From the NCBI RefSeq assembly GCF_032191835.1, contig NC_083226.1, positions 21,762,001 through 21,826,000 of the forward strand: a DNA stretch of 64,000 nucleotides, in the 5' to 3' direction. This document shows, piece by piece, positions 12,791 through 24,392 of this stretch (its first letter is position 1; the number at the start of each line of letters is the position of its first letter). The notes under the pieces were generated by a model. The model was not told the DNA's origin and did no database searches. It saw nothing but the letters and a program-made list of their open reading frames with translations. Position numbers and translations under genes: made by a program. The DNA is from Heteronotia binoei (Eukaryota).

Positions 12791-13215
12791 AAGAACATAA
12801 GAGAAGCCATGTTGGATCAGGCCAATGGCCCATCCAGTCCAATACTCTGTGTCACACAGTGGCCAAAAAACCCAAGTCCCATCAGGAGGTCCACCAGTGC
12901 GGCCAGGACTACTAGAAGCCCTCCCACTGTGCCCCCCCCAAGCACCCAGAATACAGAGCATCACTGCCCCAGGCAGAGAGTTCCTACGATACGCTGTGGC
13001 TAATAGCCACTGATGGACCTCTGCTCCATATGTTTTTTTCCAATCCCCTCTTGAAGCTGTCTATGCTTGTAGCTGCCACCACCTCCTGTGGCAGTGAATT
13101 CACCCTTTGGGTGAAGAAGTACTTCCTTTTATCAGTTCTAACCCGACTGCTCAGCAATTTCATTGAATGTCCATGCATTCTCTTATTGTGAAAAAAGGGA
13201 AAAAAGTAAAAGTAC
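12791..13215 (-). mobile_element. CR1 LINE 3' fragment
   Basis: Same AAGAACATAAGAGAAGCCATGTTGGATCAGGCC tail and RT C-terminal remnant. Confidence 0.85.
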
Positions 13216-13462
13216 AATGCACAATTCCTTAGTACTTTGGGGGAAAGTACATTTTTAACTATATTAATAAATAATCCAGACCTTCTCCAGCTAAAAAATC
13301 TAATTTCTACTGATGACCACAATCATTTGCTTATGAGGAGATCCACTGTCATAATTCAATGGTGCTTGCCCGAAGAATTCCTCAGTGTATCATTCCCCAA
13401 GAGTACATCAAGCTCCATCTTGCAGGAGAGAATGTCCTCTCCCAAAGATAGGTTGGTTGGTT

Positions 13463-14395
13463 TTAAAATGGCACTTTACCCACACAACATTTTAAGTGCT
13501 GTATCATCCTGACCCATGCTTGTTTCAATTTAGGATTAATTAATATCAGGATTATGGCATGTCCGGAGGGGTACAGAGAACTCACATTAAAGAGCGGAGC
13601 TGTCGAGGTGTATTTGTTGCCCCAGACCAGTATTATTTGTAAAACAAACGCTGCCAAACTGATCAGGTAGAGAACTACAAAGGAAGCCAGAGCTTTGATG
13701 GCACTCAAATGTGCCTGTGTGTTGAGATCCCCCGTTCCAGTTCCATTGCATCGAACTCTTCTCATGTGCTTCCACAGAGAACTTATTAACAAGATGGATG
13801 ATGACAGAAACACCACTAAGGGGATAAAATAGAAGAAACCTAATAGAGCAATGGCATTCCTACATTCATATGAGATGTTCATTTCTGCATTGCTCCTGTT
13901 GTTTGAAAGTGATACGAGGGGATTGCAGGTATAGATGCCATAGTTCCAGCTTGTAGTAAGAATAATAGTCTTGACAGCTGAGGAGATCACTGAGCCCAGA
14001 AGGAGCCAGGGTACCAGCCCAGAGAACCGTCGCTTGACTTGGAGAAAAAGAGGGTGGGAGAAGATGGCGATCTTGGCTAAGTAGAAAACACTGAGGCAGG
14101 CAGCAAACCAAAGGTTCACAATGTTCACAAATATCCATATGCCCGTCAAAGTATATGCTGAGTTGCTCAGTGAATTGTTAAGCAAAATAAATAGAGTTAC
14201 CTGAAGAATCACTGTTGCCTGCAGCAAAAGTCTAGATAAGGCAAAACAGATCAGGATCAGGTCTATCGGGGACAATTTCCTGCTTCTGAACCAGTCAATA
14301 AAATTAATGAGGAAAATAGATCCATTCGCCACCATCCCAATGAGGATTTCCAGAACCAGAAGTACAAAGCAGAGTATTATGAATAGGATAGCCAT
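13463..14395 (-). CDS. TAS2R: Bitter taste receptor (TAS2R family), intact, 310 aa
   Basis: Full 7TM TAS2R motifs; ATG 14393-14395 after TTCAGAAAG (an in-frame ATG lies 12 codons upstream at 14431). Confidence 0.93.
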   Translation of the reverse strand: MAILFIILCFVLLVLEILIGMVANGSIFLINFIDWFRSRKLSPIDLILICFALSRLLLQATVILQVTLFILLNNSLSNSAYTLTGIWIFVNIVNLWFAACLSVFYLAKIAIFSHPLFLQVKRRFSGLVPWLLLGSVISSAVKTIILTTSWNYGIYTCNPLVSLSNNRSNAEMNISYECRNAIALLGFFYFIPLVVFLSSSILLISSLWKHMRRVRCNGTGTGDLNTQAHLSAIKALASFVVLYLISLAAFVLQIILVWGNKYTSTAPLFNVSSLYPSGHAIILILINPKLKQAWVRMIQHLKCCVGKVPF

Positions 14396-14562
14396 CTTTC
14401 TGAACACCAAAGGAAAGTGTGTGATGTTCATGTGTTTCCCAGTGCTGTTCTTTCAGTAATGCTAGCACCACGGAGTACAACACATCAGCCTTCTGTTTAG
14501 AAACAGGGGGAAAAAATCTGCAGAGGCTGGAGCTATTTTCAAGCGTTGCTGATCATATGGAG

Positions 14563-14570
14563 ATGCAAAT
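14563..14570 (-). promoter_or_regulatory. POU octamer upstream of TAS2R (13463-14395)
   Basis: ATGCAAAT ~168 bp upstream of ATG. Confidence 0.55.
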
Positions 14571-14837
14571 GTTATCAGGAAGGACTTGATTACTAGCACA
14601 ACAATCCTCAGGTGAGTTCTACTTATCTAAGCCCACTGTCTTTAATGGATTTTGATGGGAGTAACTCTTTTTAGGATTGCACTGTAAACCCATACCCTCT
14701 TCTGAAATGTCATCTTTGCATATGCTGCAGTGATGGTAAACATGATCTTTGCATTTGCTGTCAGATATGTTGATGTGGTATTCTTGAGAGATTTGTTGAC
14801 TTGGAATATTTTTGAAGTTCCATCTATTGGACACAAG

Positions 14838-15035
14838 AAGCTGCTTTATATAAAATCAGACCCTTAATCCACCAGAGTCAGTATTGTCTACTCAGACTGG
14901 CAGCAGTTCTCCAGGATCTCAGGCAGAGGTCTTTCACATCACTGGCTTCCTGATCCTTCGAACTGGAGATGCCAGGGATTGAACCTGGCATCTTCTGAAT
15001 GCCAAACAGTGGCTCTACCACTGAGTCACAGCCTC
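14838..15035 (-). mobile_element. tRNA-derived SINE with CR1-like tail
   Basis: B-box-like GGTTCAATCCC (rc GGGATTGAACC) and tRNA-like head at the right end. Related plus-strand copies at ~26545-26660 and ~31545-31670. Confidence 0.6.
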
Positions 15036-15803
15036 TTCCCAATTCAATATTCTTATTAGTTTTTGTTCAATGAGATTGAAAAGACTCTCGGTGGATTACT
15101 TCAATGAAGTTCTTGACTTTGTGTGGAAAGTTCTTCTTGTTAGTTGACTACTTAATGCAAAATATTACGTAATTTGTCCATAAAGAGGGATGTCTTATTA
15201 GAGTTCATTATGGAATGATACAGTTGGGAGACTTCCTACCTTTATAAGCAGACCTCACATAGGCAACAAACCAATTGCAAATGAACAACTGGAGGAACAA
15301 TGGCCGCTCCTTCCCTGGGGTCCCTCCCTGCCCACCTCTTCAGTTCTTCTCCTGCAGATCGAGAGGCTCAGTGGAGAAGGTGAAGACAGGTATAGCCATT
15401 GTGAGTTAATGATGAAGACGAGGTATTGACTGCTCAAAGCACCATCCAGGTGGGTTATGAATCACCCCCGGCTGGAGATATGAAGGTCTGGACAAAGCAA
15501 TATATATTTTCAATTGCAATTAAAACTATTTGGGAAATATTTTTGAAATATATATATATATATATTTGGGAAAATGTTTTTTTTTTCCCCAGAGGACATT
15601 CTTCCCCCAATTTCTAAAGGAAAAAAAATGGACATTTGGGGAAACACCGAAAAAAACTTTAATTTTCCCCCCTCTTTTGCAGTAAGGGAAATTATTTGTA
15701 AGACAGTTTTATTCATTTAGAAAGTGCAGAATAAAGACTGTTTTTATGTAAAACTATTTTCTATAGTATTAGTTAATCATTCCTGCATCAGCCAAAATAC
15801 TTA

Positions 15804-16065
15804 GACCAATTTTGCACTCAGCTTACCCCGTGGTCACGTTCCTCTTCTCTGTGCAGCGTCCGTCGGATTTCCCACTATCTGCGCCGGAGTTACAAGAACT
15901 GTCGCGGCTTTCGCACAGCAAACGGACACTGGTTTTAGCGGTTTCCGTTTGCTGCGCGAAAGCCGCGGCGCTTCCTGTAACTCTGGCGCAGATAGTGGGA
16001 AATCCGATGGCACTGTGCAGAGAAGAGGAACGTGACCGCGGGGTAAGCTGAGTGCAAAATTGGTC
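15804..16065. mobile_element. PIF/Harbinger-type palindromic MITE
   Basis: TIR GACCAATTTTGCACTCAGC, near-complete internal palindrome, TTA target duplication (15801-15803 / 16066-16068); absent in the paralogous block at ~10800. Confidence 0.85.
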
Positions 16066-16241
16066 TTATACAATCAATTTGCAAGAATATCTATTATTGA
16101 AACGTGAATAATCTTGTCCACAATGAATGTGCTCTAATATGTAGGATGAGCACATCCTATTAAAGATTTCAATATTTTCAAATGTTATAAATGTTAATTT
16201 GTTAGCCAGATGGTGCTGCTATTCATAATGTGACTGTATGG

Positions 16242-18402
16242 GATAGTTCTGGGGAAAAAGCAAAAAAGGAAAAAAGCCCAAAGAAAAAAGCCCACTGACA
16301 TAAATGCTCACAGGAAAAAAGTCTCCATGGAAACATTCCCACATGGAAATAAACCCACATGGAAAGAAGACCATATGGGAAAAGGCCCATACTGAAAGAA
16401 GCCCACATAGAAAAAAGTCCACATGGAAAAATATGTAAAACATCATAGATGTTTGTAATTGTGGATAACCATTAATAATAATGTTAATACATTGTGGTAC
16501 ACCCAGTGACTGCAACAAAAGACAATCTAGCCCTAATAGTAAAAGCAACAATTATTTAACAACAACAGTAATAACTCAGATATAATTCTTCATTGCAAAT
16601 CAGCCAATCTCTTTAAGCAACTAAGTTTATCTTCCACCTGCTCAGATTGCTGCACAGAAGTGGCAACCATGTCATGTAGTGCCTCATATTTCCTCTTTTT
16701 CTCTAGGTGACCTGCCTGTGCATTAGCAAAGGTTAGTTTGTGACAAGCCAGGTCCCTCTGCAGTCCATCAAATAGAGACCACACACTGGGATGACTGAAA
16801 TGGAACATGGAATTAACAGCATTGTGAAATCCCTCACAACAGTTCATAGTCTTTGGTAACTGTTCCAGGGTTGCATCATGATGATTCCATATTCTTATAG
16901 GAAACTGAGAATCTCTACCTGCTACACCCTCAATATATGTCTGTAAATTTGGCAACAGTTCTCACATCATTGACTGGGACAAAGGCTAATGCAGCAAGAG
17001 ATTTCAGTGTAATTTTTATGTTCATTTTAGTTTCATATTCAGTCTTCAAGCCAACACTGTTGATTTCCTAATGAGACTCTGACACAGGTGAAAATAACAC
17101 CCTTTGACCTCAGCGTGTGGAAAGGCAATCCTCACTGCCTTCTCAAAATCTACTAAAACCTTTTGAGGTGACAGATGGAGAGCCGGCTTGGTGGAGAGCC
17201 GGTTTGGTGTAGTGGTTAAGTGTGTGGACTCTTATCTGGGAGAACCAGGTTTGATTCCCCACTCCTCCACTTGCACCTGCTAGCATGGCCTTGGGTCAGC
17301 CATAGCTCTGGCAGAGGTTGTCCTTGAAAGGGCAGCTGCTGTGAGAGCCCTCTCCAGCCCCACCCACCTCACAGGGTGACTGTTGTGGGGGAGGAAGGTA
17401 AAGGAGATTGTGAGCCGCTCTGAGACTCTTCGGAGTGGAGGGCGGGATATAAATCCAATATCTTCTTCTTCTTCTTCTGATCTGGAATCAATAGCTTCAT
17501 TATTTCAAACATTCTATAATAGGTGTCCATGTTCTTTTTTGAAGTAAAATGTAAATACATGGTGGATATGAATTACTCACCTTGGCATGCCATATGTACA
17601 GTTGGTAAAATATATTTGGCACTATATCATAGATGGTATCTTTGTTTAATTCAAACATAAGATCTCTGTCACCTAAAACCAGAATTCTGCCTGGATTTCT
17701 CCACACTGGAATTGTGAAGTATCAGTTGCCTATACTTTTCAGGAATGTCAAAATGTATGATTTTGGGATTAGGCAAATTACTGCCTGCTCTGTGATGGCT
17801 TCTCTTTCTTAAATAACAGAAGTGGTTAAGGCCTCATTGATCTCAGAAGCTAAGCAGGACTGACTCTGGCAAGTATCTGGAAGGAAGAAATCAATATACA
17901 TAGTTGGAATTAATTTAAAAAATGGTATAATGGAGAATTGATCAATGGATATCTGGGGCTCGGAGGAGGGGCTGTTTTTGGAGATAGATGCACCACATTT
18001 CCAGCATAGAATCTGGTGCCTCTCCCCAGAATACCTCCAAGTTTCAAAAGGATTGGACCAGGGGGTCCAGTTCTATGACCCCCAAAAGAAGGTGCCCCTA
18101 TACATTATTTCCAGTGGAGGAAAGGCACTGAAAAGGAGCGTGGTCCCTTTAGATGTGATGGTCAGAACTCCCTTTGGAGTTCAATTGTACTTGTCACAAC
18201 CTTGCTCCTGGCTCCACTCCCCGTCTCCTGGCTCCACACCCAGAGTTCCCAGATATTTCTTGAATTGGACTTGGCAAACCTATTTCATGTGGGCTTCTTT
18301 CCATGTGGGTTTATTTCCATGTGAGCATGTTTCCATGTGGGCTTTTTTCCTGTGAGTATTTATGTCAGTGGGCTTTTTCCTTGGCGATTTTTTCCGGTTA
18401 TC
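16242..18402 (-). mobile_element. Mutator-like (MULE) DNA transposon remnant with long TIRs
   Basis: Transposase-like fragments RILVLG...DIVPNIFYQLYIWHA...CIYILL (17500-17706) and FPIRIWNHHD...KTMNCCEGFHN...HPSVW..F..L (16590-16955). ~150-200 bp inverted repeats at 16242-16440 and 18285-18402. Insertion relative to the paralog at ~10965. Confidence 0.72.
17177..17479 (+). mobile_element. tRNA-derived SINE with L2-like tail (abundant gecko-type family)
   Basis: Head TTTGGTGTAGTGGTTAAG...GGTTTGATTCCCCACT; tail GCCGCTCTGAG...GGGCGGGATATAAAT(CTT)n; nested in the MULE. Confidence 0.8.
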
Positions 18403-18520
18403 ATATGGAATTAGGGCATCTATCCAGATAACACTCTTTTATTACGTAGAAAAGACGCTTTCTGTTTTCAGTTTTCCTTATTTCAAAAAGTAAAAACTTC
18501 AGGGCCAAGTAGATTTTGAT

Positions 18521-18703
18521 TAGGGCTTTTTTTGGTAGTAGGAGCTCCTTTGCATGTTAGGCCACACACCCCTGATGTAGCCAGTCCTCCTGGAGCTTAC
18601 AATAGGCCCTGTAAGAAAAGCCCTGTAAGCTCTTGGAGGATTGGCTACATCAGGGGTGTGTGGCCTAATATGCAAAGGAGTTCCTACTACAAAAATAGCC
18701 CTG
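18521..18703. mobile_element. Palindromic hAT MITE (CAGGGCTTTTTTTGTAG TIR family)
   Basis: Fold-back copy. Other copies at ~6820-7003, 8960-9125, 10312-10461, 11302-11483, 12024-12152, 20929-21122. Confidence 0.8.
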
Positions 18704-19009
18704 GATGTGATGGTGTCTTAAACTGCTGCCATTATTTAAAACTATTTTAAAATATTTGGAAAATATTTTCGAAATCCTTCAGTGACATGTTCCTGACCTG
18801 GACCACAGCACAGCAGGCACTCTCGTTTCCACCCTGTGCAGAGTTACGCCCATCTAAGTGCACTGAAGTCAATAGGTTTAGATGAGTGTAGCTCTGCTTG
18901 GGATCGCACTGTAAAGCATTTATACTTTATAAATCCATGAATGTCTCAAACAGTACACTGAATATTCTGTGTACTGACAGAGGCTTAGAACGGTACAGCT
19001 CTGGTTAGG

Positions 19010-19400
19010 AAAGCTAGTTTGGTGCAGTGGTTAAGTGCACAGATTCCAGGGCTTTTTTTAAAAAAGAAAATGCCCAGCAGGAACTCATTTGCATATTAGG
19101 CCACACACCTTAACACCAAATCAGCTGGAACTGCGTTCCTGCGTGTTCCTGCTCAAAAAAAGCCCTGGTGGACTCTCATCCAAGAGAACTAAGTTTGATT
19201 CCCCACTTCTTCACATGCACTTGCTGAGTGGCTTTGGGTCAGTCACAGTTCTTGAAAGAGCTGCTTTTTTCTCAAGAGCAGTTCTCTCAGAGCTCTCACA
19301 GCCCCACCTCCCTCACAGGGTGTCTGTTGTGTTGAGGGAAACAGAAGGAGATTGTAAACTGCTCTGAGACGCCAAGTGAAATGGGTGTAAATCCAATCTC
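19010..19400 (+). mobile_element. SINE interrupted by a CAGGGC-TIR MITE (19046-19167)
   Basis: SINE head at 19010 resumes after the MITE (GACTCT...TTTGATTCCCCACT). Confidence 0.65.
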
Positions 19401-19846
19401 TCCTTCCTTGTTAATGATGTTAAAGCAGTTTCATAAGGAAGAATACATTGCTTAGATGTCAGGGTGACTTTTCCCCCATCTCAAGATTTTCATTTTGTTC
19501 CCAGCTCCCTCTGCTCTCTTTTAAACCTTGGGTTTAAACTTTCCAGAAGTTTTCGTTTTTATTTATAACATTTGCAAATAAAAAATGCCTCAGTTTTGTT
19601 GGCATCATTTCCTATGATTTTGGATACCTCTTAGCGAATCTCACCTTTACCAAAGCCAGAATGCTCTGTGAGGTTTTGCCTCTAGGGAATAATAGAGATG
19701 GATTGCAAAAAGGAATAGGATACTAGGACTGTCCATGGCCTGACTGAGCCCCCTGTCACAATGATTGGATTATCAGGGCAAGAGATGCAGAGTCCTGGGA
19801 TACTGACTCAGTCCAGTGTGGCCAAGGCACCATGCCTACCATGTTA

Positions 19847-20849
19847 AGAACATAAGAGAAGCCATGTTGGATCAGGCCAATGGCCCATCCAGTCCAACAC
19901 TCTGTGTCACACAGTGGCCCCCAAAATTATATATACACACACACACACACACACACTGTGGCTAATAGCCACTGATTAGGGGTCCCAATCCCCCCGCTTT
20001 AGCGGGAGACTTCTGGGTTCCCAGCTTAATCTCCCGGTCTTCAAAAATTGAGAACCGGGGGGGTGGGGGGGTGGAGGGGGGGAGAACATACCTATAGAGC
20101 TCCTGAGCAGTTTGTAAAATCCCTGTCCCTTTAAGGCTGGGCAGGAAGGAGGAAACAGGAAGGGCTTCGGAGAACGGCCCCTCCCTTCTTTGCTTTCGTT
20201 TTCACAGCAGGCACAGTTCTCCGGAAGAAGACCAAGTAAGTATTTGTGTGTGTGTGTGAGAGAGGGAGGGGGCAGGGAGGGGGATTCCCTCGTATGGAGG
20301 CCCTCCCCCCCTTTAGAAAGCGTGGGGGGGGAAATGTCTACTGGGCACTCTATTATTCCCTATGGAGAATGATTCCCATAGGGAATAATAGGGAATTGAT
20401 CCGTGGGTATTGGGGGCTCTGGGGGGGCTATTTTTTGAGGTAGAGGCACCAGATTTTTAGTATAGCATCTAGTGCCTCTCCCCAAAATACCCCCCAAGTT
20501 TCAAAACGATTGGACCAGAGGGTCCAATTCTATGAGCCCCAAAATATGGTGCCCCTATCCTTAATTATTTCCTATGGAAGAAAGGCATTTAAAAAGGTGA
20601 GCTGTCCCTTTAAATGTGATGGCCAGAACTCCCTTGGAGTTCAATTATGCTTGTCACACCCTTGTTCCTGGCTCCACCCCCAGTGTCTCCTGGCTCCACC
20701 CCCAAAGTCTCCTGGCTCCGCCCCCAAAGTCCCCAGATTTTTCTTTAATTGGACTTGGCAACCCTACCACTGATGGACCTCTGCTCCATATTTTTATCTA
20801 AACCCCTTTTGAAGGTGGCCATGCTTGTGGCCGCCACCACCTCCTGTGG
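19847..20849 (-). mobile_element. CR1 3' fragment with nested hAT MITE
   Basis: CR1 tail split by the MITE; flanked by a CATGTT duplication. Confidence 0.82.
19977..20766. mobile_element. Non-autonomous hAT element (TAGGG-type TIR)
   Basis: Imperfect TIRs TAGGGGTCCCAA / TTGGCAACCCTA; 8-bp TSD CCACTGAT. Partial relatives at ~17955-18280 and ~48050-48361. Confidence 0.88.
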
Positions 20850-21627
20850 CATGTTCTACATTGTGACCTCACCAAGAATCAACGTCTAGTAAGAAACCAG
20901 TCAAAAAGAAACAGACTCTATAGTTCAGGGCTATTTTTGTAGAAAAAAAACAGCAGCAACTCATATACATATTAGGCCACCCCCCCTGATGTCACCATCG
21001 TTTTGCACAGGGCTTTTTTTTGTAGAAAAAGCCCAGCAGGAGCTCATTTGGCTATTAGGCCACACCCCCTGACATCAAGCCAGCCAGAACTGCGTTCCTG
21101 TGCGTTCCTGCTTTTAAAAAGCTGTGTTTTTAATTGAAACTGCTTTAGCAGTTTATTGAATGAGAAAACACAAAACCACCAGGAAGCAAAAGAAGAACTT
21201 AGGAGAGGAACAGAAGTACCTGATTAAATGGAGATTCAATTGAATTGGACCTACAGGCCTTTTTTCATCTCCATAAATGCCAGCCAGAGCTAGGGTGACC
21301 ATAATGTCTGAAGGCCAGCCAGGGACACCTTTGGGGGGGGGAAGGTAGGGGTGCGTGTACGCAAAGCGTGCGCGCGCCGCCGGAAACAGGAAGTGACGTC
21401 ACTTCCGGTGACGTCATGCCACCGCCGGAAACAGGAAGTGACACCACTTCCTGTGACATCATTTCCCCCGCGTCACCTGCCGGAAACGGGAAGTGACATC
21501 ACTTCCTGTGACATCACTTCCCCCAAATGACATCATTTCCCCCAAATGCCACTGCCGGAAACAGGAAGTGACTTCACAGCACTTCCTGTGACGTCCCCAA
21601 AAATCCCCCAAATATCACCGCCGGAAA

Positions 21628-22525
21628 CAATTTTGTTCTCAGATCCTGTATTTACTTCATCAGTATATGGGATAAGGCACTTTCTCAACTGTGCTGCATA
21701 ATGCAGCCTATTTATTTTGTCCTGTTTGCTCTGTTGGCTCTATCTGCGCCACCTTCATCACTTTCGGGGTGTGGATCCCCCAGTGGGGTGGTCTCGCGAC
21801 TCCCTCTGCCGGCTGTTTCTGATAGCCCTGCGCCCCCTCTTTCATTTGATATGTGTCCCGTGCGGGTGCCACCCTCCCGCCAGGAGATGCCGCAAAATGA
21901 GCCCCCTTGAGGCTTATGGCGGCAGGGCTCGGGGGAAGCGAGCTAGACTGCTGTTCTTTTGAGGGGTTATAGAGTGTTTCGAGCCCGTCCCTGTGGCATC
22001 GGTCCCATCGTTGTGGGACCCAGGGGGCCAGCGCAGCAGCACGCCGAAGCAGCCTGTCACAGGTCGAGATGCAGGACAGGAACCCGGAAGTGACCGACAG
22101 GCTGCTTCAGCGTGCCGCTGCGCCGGCCCCCTGGGCCCCACAACGATGGGACCGATGCCACAGGGACGGGCTCGAAACACTCTATGACCCCTCAAAAGAA
22201 CAGCAGTCTAGCTCGCTTCCCCCGAGCCCTGCCGCCATAAGCCTCAAGGGGGCTCATTTTGCGGCATCTCCCGGCGGGAGGGTGGCATCCGCACGGGACA
22301 CATATCAAATGAAAGAGGGGCGCAGGGCTATCAGAAACAGCCGGCGGAGGGAGTCGCGAGACCACCCCACTGGGGGATCCACACCCCGAAAGTGATGAAG
22401 GTGGCGCAGATAGAGCCAACAGAGCAAACAGGACAAAATAAATAGGCTGCATTATGCAGCACAGTTGAGAAAGTGCCTTATCCCATATACTGATGAAGTA
22501 AATACAGGATCTGAGAACAAAATTG
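21628..22525. repeat. Long inverted repeat (~430-bp arms, 37-bp spacer)
   Basis: 21628-22058 is the near-perfect reverse complement of 22096-22525. Confidence 0.95.
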
Positions 22526-22532
22526 CACCAGA

Positions 22533-22876
22533 AGACACAAACACAAAGCTCCCTTACACTGAATCAGTGCTTGGGTCCACCAAAGTCAGTATTGTCCACT
22601 CCAGTCACAAACACAAAGCTCCCTTACACTGAATCAGTGCTTGGGTCCACCAAAGTCAGTATTGTCTACTCCAGTCACAAACACAAAGCTCCCTTACACT
22701 GAATCAGTGCTTGGGTCCACCAAAGTCAGTATTGTCTACTCCAGTCACAAACACAAAGCTCCCTTACACTGAATCAGTGCTTGGGTCCACCAAAGTCAGT
22801 ATTGTCCACTCCAGTCACAAACACAAAGCTCCCTTACACTGAATCAGTGCTTGGGTCCACCAAAGTCAGTATTGTC
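22533..22876. repeat. 70-bp tandem repeat (~5 copies)
   Basis: AGTCACAAACACAAAGCTCCC...GTCCACTCC at 22603, 22673, 22743, 22813. Confidence 0.95.
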
Positions 22877-23116
22877 ACATAAGAACATAAGAGAAGCCCT
22901 GTTGGATCAGGCCAGTGGCCCATCCAGTCCAACACTCTGCGTCACATAAGAACATAAGAGAAGCCCTGTTGGATCAGGCCAGTGGCCCATCCAGTCCAAC
23001 ACACTGTGTCACATAAGAACATAAGAGAAGCCCTGTTGGATCAGGCCAGTGGCCCATCCAGTCCAACACACTGTGTCACATAAGAACATAAGAGAAGCCC
23101 TGTTGGATCAGGCCAG
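22877..23116. repeat. 67-bp tandem repeat of the CR1 3' tail (runs into gap)
   Basis: ACATAAGAACATAAGAGAAGCCCTGTTGGATCAGGCCAGTGGCCCATCCAGTCCAACAC..., period 67. Confidence 0.95.
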
Positions 23117-23761
23117 NNNNNNNNNNNNNNNNNNNNNNNNNNNNNNNNNNNNNNNNNNNNNNNNNNNNNNNNNNNNNNNNNNNNNNNNNNNNNNNNNNNN
23201 NNNNNNNNNNNNNNNNNNNNNNNNNNNNNNNNNNNNNNNNNNNNNNNNNNNNNNNNNNNNNNNNNNNNNNNNNNNNNNNNNNNNNNNNNNNNNNNNNNNN
23301 NNNNNNNNNNNNNNNNNNNNNNNNNNNNNNNNNNNNNNNNNNNNNNNNNNNNNNNNNNNNNNNNNNNNNNNNNNNNNNNNNNNNNNNNNNNNNNNNNNNN
23401 NNNNNNNNNNNNNNNNNNNNNNNNNNNNNNNNNNNNNNNNNNNNNNNNNNNNNNNNNNNNNNNNNNNNNNNNNNNNNNNNNNNNNNNNNNNNNNNNNNNN
23501 NNNNNNNNNNNNNNNNNNNNNNNNNNNNNNNNNNNNNNNNNNNNNNNNNNNNNNNNNNNNNNNNNNNNNNNNNNNNNNNNNNNNNNNNNNNNNNNNNNNN
23601 NNNNNNNNNNNNNNNNNNNNNNNNNNNNNNNNNNNNNNNNNNNNNNNNNNNNNNNNNNNNNNNNNNNNNNNNNNNNNNNNNNNNNNNNNNNNNNNNNNNN
23701 NNNNNNNNNNNNNNNNNNNNNNNNNNNNNNNNNNNNNNNNNNNNNNNNNNNNNNNNNNNNN
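23117..23761. other. Assembly gap (N)
   Basis: Run of N; further gaps at 53967-54391 and 55587-55959. Confidence 0.99.
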
Positions 23762-23869
23762 GCCAGCCGCCCCCCCCCCCCGCGCTTTTGGCTTACCTGG
23801 ATCCAGGGCGGTGGCGGCCTCTCCTCCGGGCTGCTGGCGGGGCTGGCGGCGGCTGCGGAGGCCGGAGAG

Positions 23870-24392
23870 GCCGGCGCTGGTCTCTGGAGGCCTCCAGGGA
23901 CCAGCGCTGGCCTCTCCACGCTGCCTCCGCTGGTCTCTGGAGGCCTCCAGGGACCAGCGCAGGCCTCTCCACGATGCCTCCGCTGGCCTCTGGAGGCCTC
24001 CAGGGACCAGCGCCGGCCTCTCCACGAAGCCTCCGCTGGCCTCTGGAGGCCTCCAGGGACCAGCGCCGGCCTCTCCACGAAGCCTCCGCTGGCCTCTGGA
24101 GGCCTCCAGGGACCAGCGCCGGCCTCTCCACGAAGCCTCCGCTGGCCTCTGGAGGCCTCCAGGGACCAGCGCCGGCCTCTCCGCTGCCGGCGCTGGCCTC
24201 TGGAGGCCTCCAGGTTCCAGCGCCAGCCTCTCCACGCTGCCGGCGCTGGCCTCTGGAGGCCTCCAGGGACCAGCGCCGGCCTCTCCACGCTGCCGGCGCT
24301 GGCCTCTGGAGGCCTCCAGGGACCAGCGCCGGTCTCTCCACGCTGCCGGCGCTGGCCTCTGGAGGCCTCCAGGGACCAGCGCCGGCCTCTCC
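23870..24392. repeat. GC-rich ~53-bp minisatellite
   Basis: GGCCTCTGGAGGCCTCCAGGGACCAGCGCCGGCCTCTCCACGAAGCCTCCGCT and variants, ~10 copies. Confidence 0.93.

Noticed and set aside
18521-19167. Octamer-like TTTGCATA inside the CAGGGC MITEs as TAS2R regulators
   Set aside because: Part of a high-copy MITE with no fixed position relative to genes; mostly a 1-bp mismatch to the octamer.
22533-23116. CRISPR-like regular repeats (70-bp and 67-bp arrays)
   Set aside because: Head-to-tail units with no unique spacers, vertebrate context, no cas genes; the units derive from retroelement tails.
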